A stretch of DNA of 38,938 nt, taken from contig NC_068985.1 in assembly GCF_001194135.2 (NCBI RefSeq), positions 108,276,856 through 108,315,793 of the forward strand. The letters are read 5' to 3'. The notes beneath the pieces are model-generated. The model was not told the origin of the DNA. It searched no databases and was given only the letters and a program-made list of their open reading frames with translations. Origin of the DNA: Octopus bimaculoides. Lineage: Eukaryota. The position numbers were made by a program, and so were the translations under genes. Below, one piece after another: positions 35,247-38,938 of the stretch. Position 1 is the stretch's first letter. Each line of letters begins with the position of its first letter.

Positions 35247-36739
35247 ATGTATGTATAAATGTTACATATTAACTACACTACCCGTGACCCATTGGATTAC
35301 CGTTAAACTCTGAGTTTCCCAGCAACAGAATTTTGTTTCATGGGTTGGAAAAATTTGGCTGCTATTTCTTGCACACCCTGCAACCACGTAACAGGTATTT
35401 CTGGACCTTTATCGCAAATAGCTGTTACATGGTAGCAGCGCATGCTAGAAATAGCAGCCAAATCTTTGGAGGGGTGATAGATTGAATGCACTCGATAAAA
35501 ACTATTTCACACTGAGGTTACGAACGGACTTTTACGAAATATCTACCGTCATAAGTTACTGTGTCATTTTCACTTTTAGAATATTTTTTAAATATGCAAT
35601 TAAACATTTTTTGTAATTTAAAAAAAAAACATTAGAATATTGTCTGTTTAAAGAAAACTAAAATATACACACTTACTGTACAAACAGCTTACATTTTCAA
35701 AATCACATTCACTTTAAAATATTTGCAAATGATAAAAATATTGTTTAACAAAAGCGAAAATAGAAATTGTAAAAAAAAAAACATAGTTTTTTTTTGTCGT
35801 TGTTAACTCACTGTCTAATAGAAAGATAAGAGTTTCTTCCCTTTCAGAATGAAGATTATTTTCGGAACATTTTCCCATCATGCACTGTTTAAAGCATTTA
35901 TGCTCTGAAAATCTCTAATATCTTGAAAACTACTTTACCGATTTACGCGAAACTTGCTTCATTCGATTCGTATTAACATTTCAGGGTAAACTTAATTCAC
36001 GGTATTTTTCAGTTTCACAAGTTTCGCTGAGTAAAATTACAAGTAAGCCAGCAAGCAAGATTGAAACTGACTTTTAATGTATTATAAATAAAAAGTAAAA
36101 GGTAGTCAGAATTTGGATAAATGCTAATTATTGGCGCTTTAAGCCCCTTCAGAGACTCGTCACTATCACTGGCGGGGCCTTGGAATTTTTCCTTTTTATA
36201 TAAATCTGAATGAGTTGAAAAAAGGTCAAGTGTTCAATTTGCATTCTTGAGTTTGGTAAAATGAAATTTGGGTTTGGTTATTTGCAATGTTTTTTGTCAT
36301 TTTGAATCTATATGTGTGTGCACGTAAGTGTGCCAGTTGTATTTTTAAACGAAGCAAATAAAGGAGTGTTACCTGGAACGGTTAATGTTTTGACAGGTCA
36401 AAAAGATCAAGCATTTATCAATTGCAATCCATTTTATTCTTATTTTTTATTTTATCTTCATTTTCGACGCAAGCCTCCAAAAATCTTACATTAAAATTCA
36501 CAGCACACATACATACAAACCTATAGAGAGTCAAAATCTGTGTTTCATAGTCTAACAACAACTTTTGTTGTTTTAGGTGTCATGTCTAGGTCCCTTATAA
36601 GATTTTAATCCAGTCAACAATTTGCTGACAAGCCCTCAGATTGGACCTAAAAGAAGATTATTATACAAAGCATTTGTTATGTTAGTCCAAGATATTTTCT
36701 TTGCATTCAGTTCTCTAAGATAATTCTGACAGCTTATTC

Positions 36740-37210
36740 ATAGTTCTTTATGCCTTTATGCGACTTGCTTGTATGTCTGGAATGTCTGAGCCTCTAATTC
36801 TGGTGTTATTAACGCGTGGATTCATAGGGGTTTCCGTTGCGCATACTATAGGAGTCACAGGGCGCTGCTCCATATTCTCCCACAGTTTCCATCTAACTAG
36901 GAATATAAGGATTTCATCCATTGTCTTGTATTCAAGATCCTCTGCATGACATCCTGTTAGTTTAAAGCTACGAACCTGATCTGTTAGGACCTGCCAATAA
37001 CTAAATCCACGCCTTGCAGCCGACGCTTCGATTTATTGTCATTGAGGTTTACTCCTCTCATGGTTAAGGTTTTGCCTGTCTCCTACCCTTCGACCTGTCT
37101 GGTCTGGTGAGAACTGCCTGAAGATTTTTCTCCCTCCGGCATAGCTCTCCAGGTCAATGGAGCACACAGGCACTCACTGCGACAAGGCACATCACTGGTC
37201 GTAAAGCTGC
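36740..37210 (-). mobile_element. RTE-like 5' UTR and endonuclease remnant
   Basis: Minus strand ggagagctatgccggaggga...gaccagacaggtcgaagggtagg resembles RTE 5' UTRs; GEYG/RNGN remnants follow. Confidence 0.45.
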
Positions 37211-37672
37211 AAAGTAAGGAATCATCAAAAGGAAATCAAAGGACCAGAGAATCAAGAAGTGGTACACTCATTTCTACAACTTACTTAGGAAAGATCTAGA
37301 AGTTGACAGTGAAATAGAAAATGAAGAATTAGCAAAGATATTTGCCCTAAGAATTTCTTACTAATACATTCCCTACTTTTAGGTCACTTTAAACAGAACC
37401 CTTGATTCAATAACACTGTGTATAAACTCTGTATTTGGAATAACCAATTTCAAAGACTGTTGGATTTTACTCATAGGGTATTGGAATCTCAATAATGGAT
37501 TTACAAATGCAATGACCAATCTTAAGGATTATTGGATTTTACTCACAAGATATTGGAATCTTATAAGTATACTATTCTTCCTAAACAATGAATTTAAAAA
37601 TACAATATCCCTCCATTCACTCTATTTCCTATCTTATCTAAATTAACTATTGCTTAACCATCCTCTCACACC

Positions 37673-37720
37673 GTCTCCGATGAAGGGATATAATAAATAT
37701 CCTGGAAACAGCTGTAAGAC
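37673..37720 (+). ncRNA. Second minimal hammerhead ribozyme (PLE pLTR-type), U4C core variant
   Basis: GTCT-CCGATGA-AGGGATAT aataa ATATCCTG-GAAA-CAGCTG-TA-AGAC: palindromic helix III ACAGCTGT, GUA triplet, 4-bp helix I. Confidence 0.7.
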
Positions 37721-38299
37721 CTCCTATTTGTAAATGTTCTATAATGTATACAGCCTTGATTTTTTTTTTATCTCATTACGAAAAGTAAATCCTTATGTTT
37801 ACACGGTGATATATGACCTACGTTGGACCCCTTATTCGCATAATCACCGAACCTGGAGTTTAACTATGGTCTATCCATAGCACTTACTCAGCATTACCTG
37901 AAACCTCTGGGTGTAATTGACACCACTATCGCTCATAACCTTTATGTATATGTATGTATGTGTGTGTGTATTTATATACATATATATATATAAATATATG
38001 TATGCGTATATATATATATATATATATATAATAATAATAAAGGAGTTACGACGCAAAAACGTATAAATTCAAAAGAACATATTTATCTTCTTCAATATAT
38101 ATTTCAGTATAAAGAATTCATTAAGATGCTTAAATCAAAATCTCATTACACATCATTCAGGAACAGATATAACATCAGAAAAAATACATTCCGTTTAAAA
38201 ACACAAACCGTTCATGGCGAAAACATTTCACAATTACAAAAAACGAACAAAATTTTTAAAGTTTTAGCAAAAAGAACGCTATTACCTACATACAGGCAT

Positions 38300-38471
38300 C
38301 CGCGTGTGCGCCCGTACACACACGCACACACGTTCATACGCGCATACACATTCATGCACGCACACACGTGCACTCTCACATGTATATATATGGATATACA
38401 AAGAAGCAAAGATCACAAGTCATAAACACATACACACACACACACATACATACACACATACACACATACAT

Positions 38472-38560
<89 letters not shown>

Positions 38561-38938
38561 AATATAAAAATATGTTAAAAAAACCTCATATTAAAATATA
38601 TTATAAAATTACATATACATAAAAAAAATAAAAAAAATCTATGCACATACAAACCACAATACACACACATATATGCATACATACATATATACATATATAT
38701 ACATGTACATATACATATACAAACACATATATACATACATACACACATATATGCATATATACATATATATACATATATACACACACATACAAAACATCAC
38801 ACACACATATACACACATACACACATATATACATATATACACATATACATACATAAACATACATATATGTACATATACATACATATACATATATATATAC
38901 ACATACATATACATACATATGTATATACATACACACAC
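38300..38938. repeat. Compound low-complexity (CA)/(TA) tract
   Basis: Direct sequence; the ORFs here are artefacts. Confidence 0.95.

Overview
AT-rich, microsatellite- and transposon-dense animal genomic DNA with assembly gaps; the SINE/MITE repertoire looks like an octopus (inference). One host gene dominates: a minus-strand inter-alpha-trypsin inhibitor heavy chain (ITIH)-family gene (signal peptide, VIT, vWA with intact MIDAS, FVTPLTSMVVT motif). I assembled it by hand from ATG at 30251 through eight phase-consistent core exons, one intron needing a GC donor. The most unusual feature is the linker after the core, invisible to the ORF track. It is built from at least six symmetric phase-1 microexons (27, 24, 18, 15, 18, 15 nt) plus a 66-nt exon spread over about 12.7 kb. 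Two microexon pairs arose by tandem duplication and differ almost only at amino-acid-changing positions, suggesting a diversifying, splice-modular protease-bait region. The 3' end of the gene is unresolved. The rest is decayed mobile DNA: R4/Dong-type and RTE LINEs, Penelope-like elements with two minimal hammerhead ribozymes, a collapsed Gypsy element with a tRNA-Ser PBS, mariner (DD37D-type) elements, a Helitron fragment, a fold-back MITE with a telomere-repeat core, and tRNA-derived SINEs. All alignments were by eye; no searches were run.
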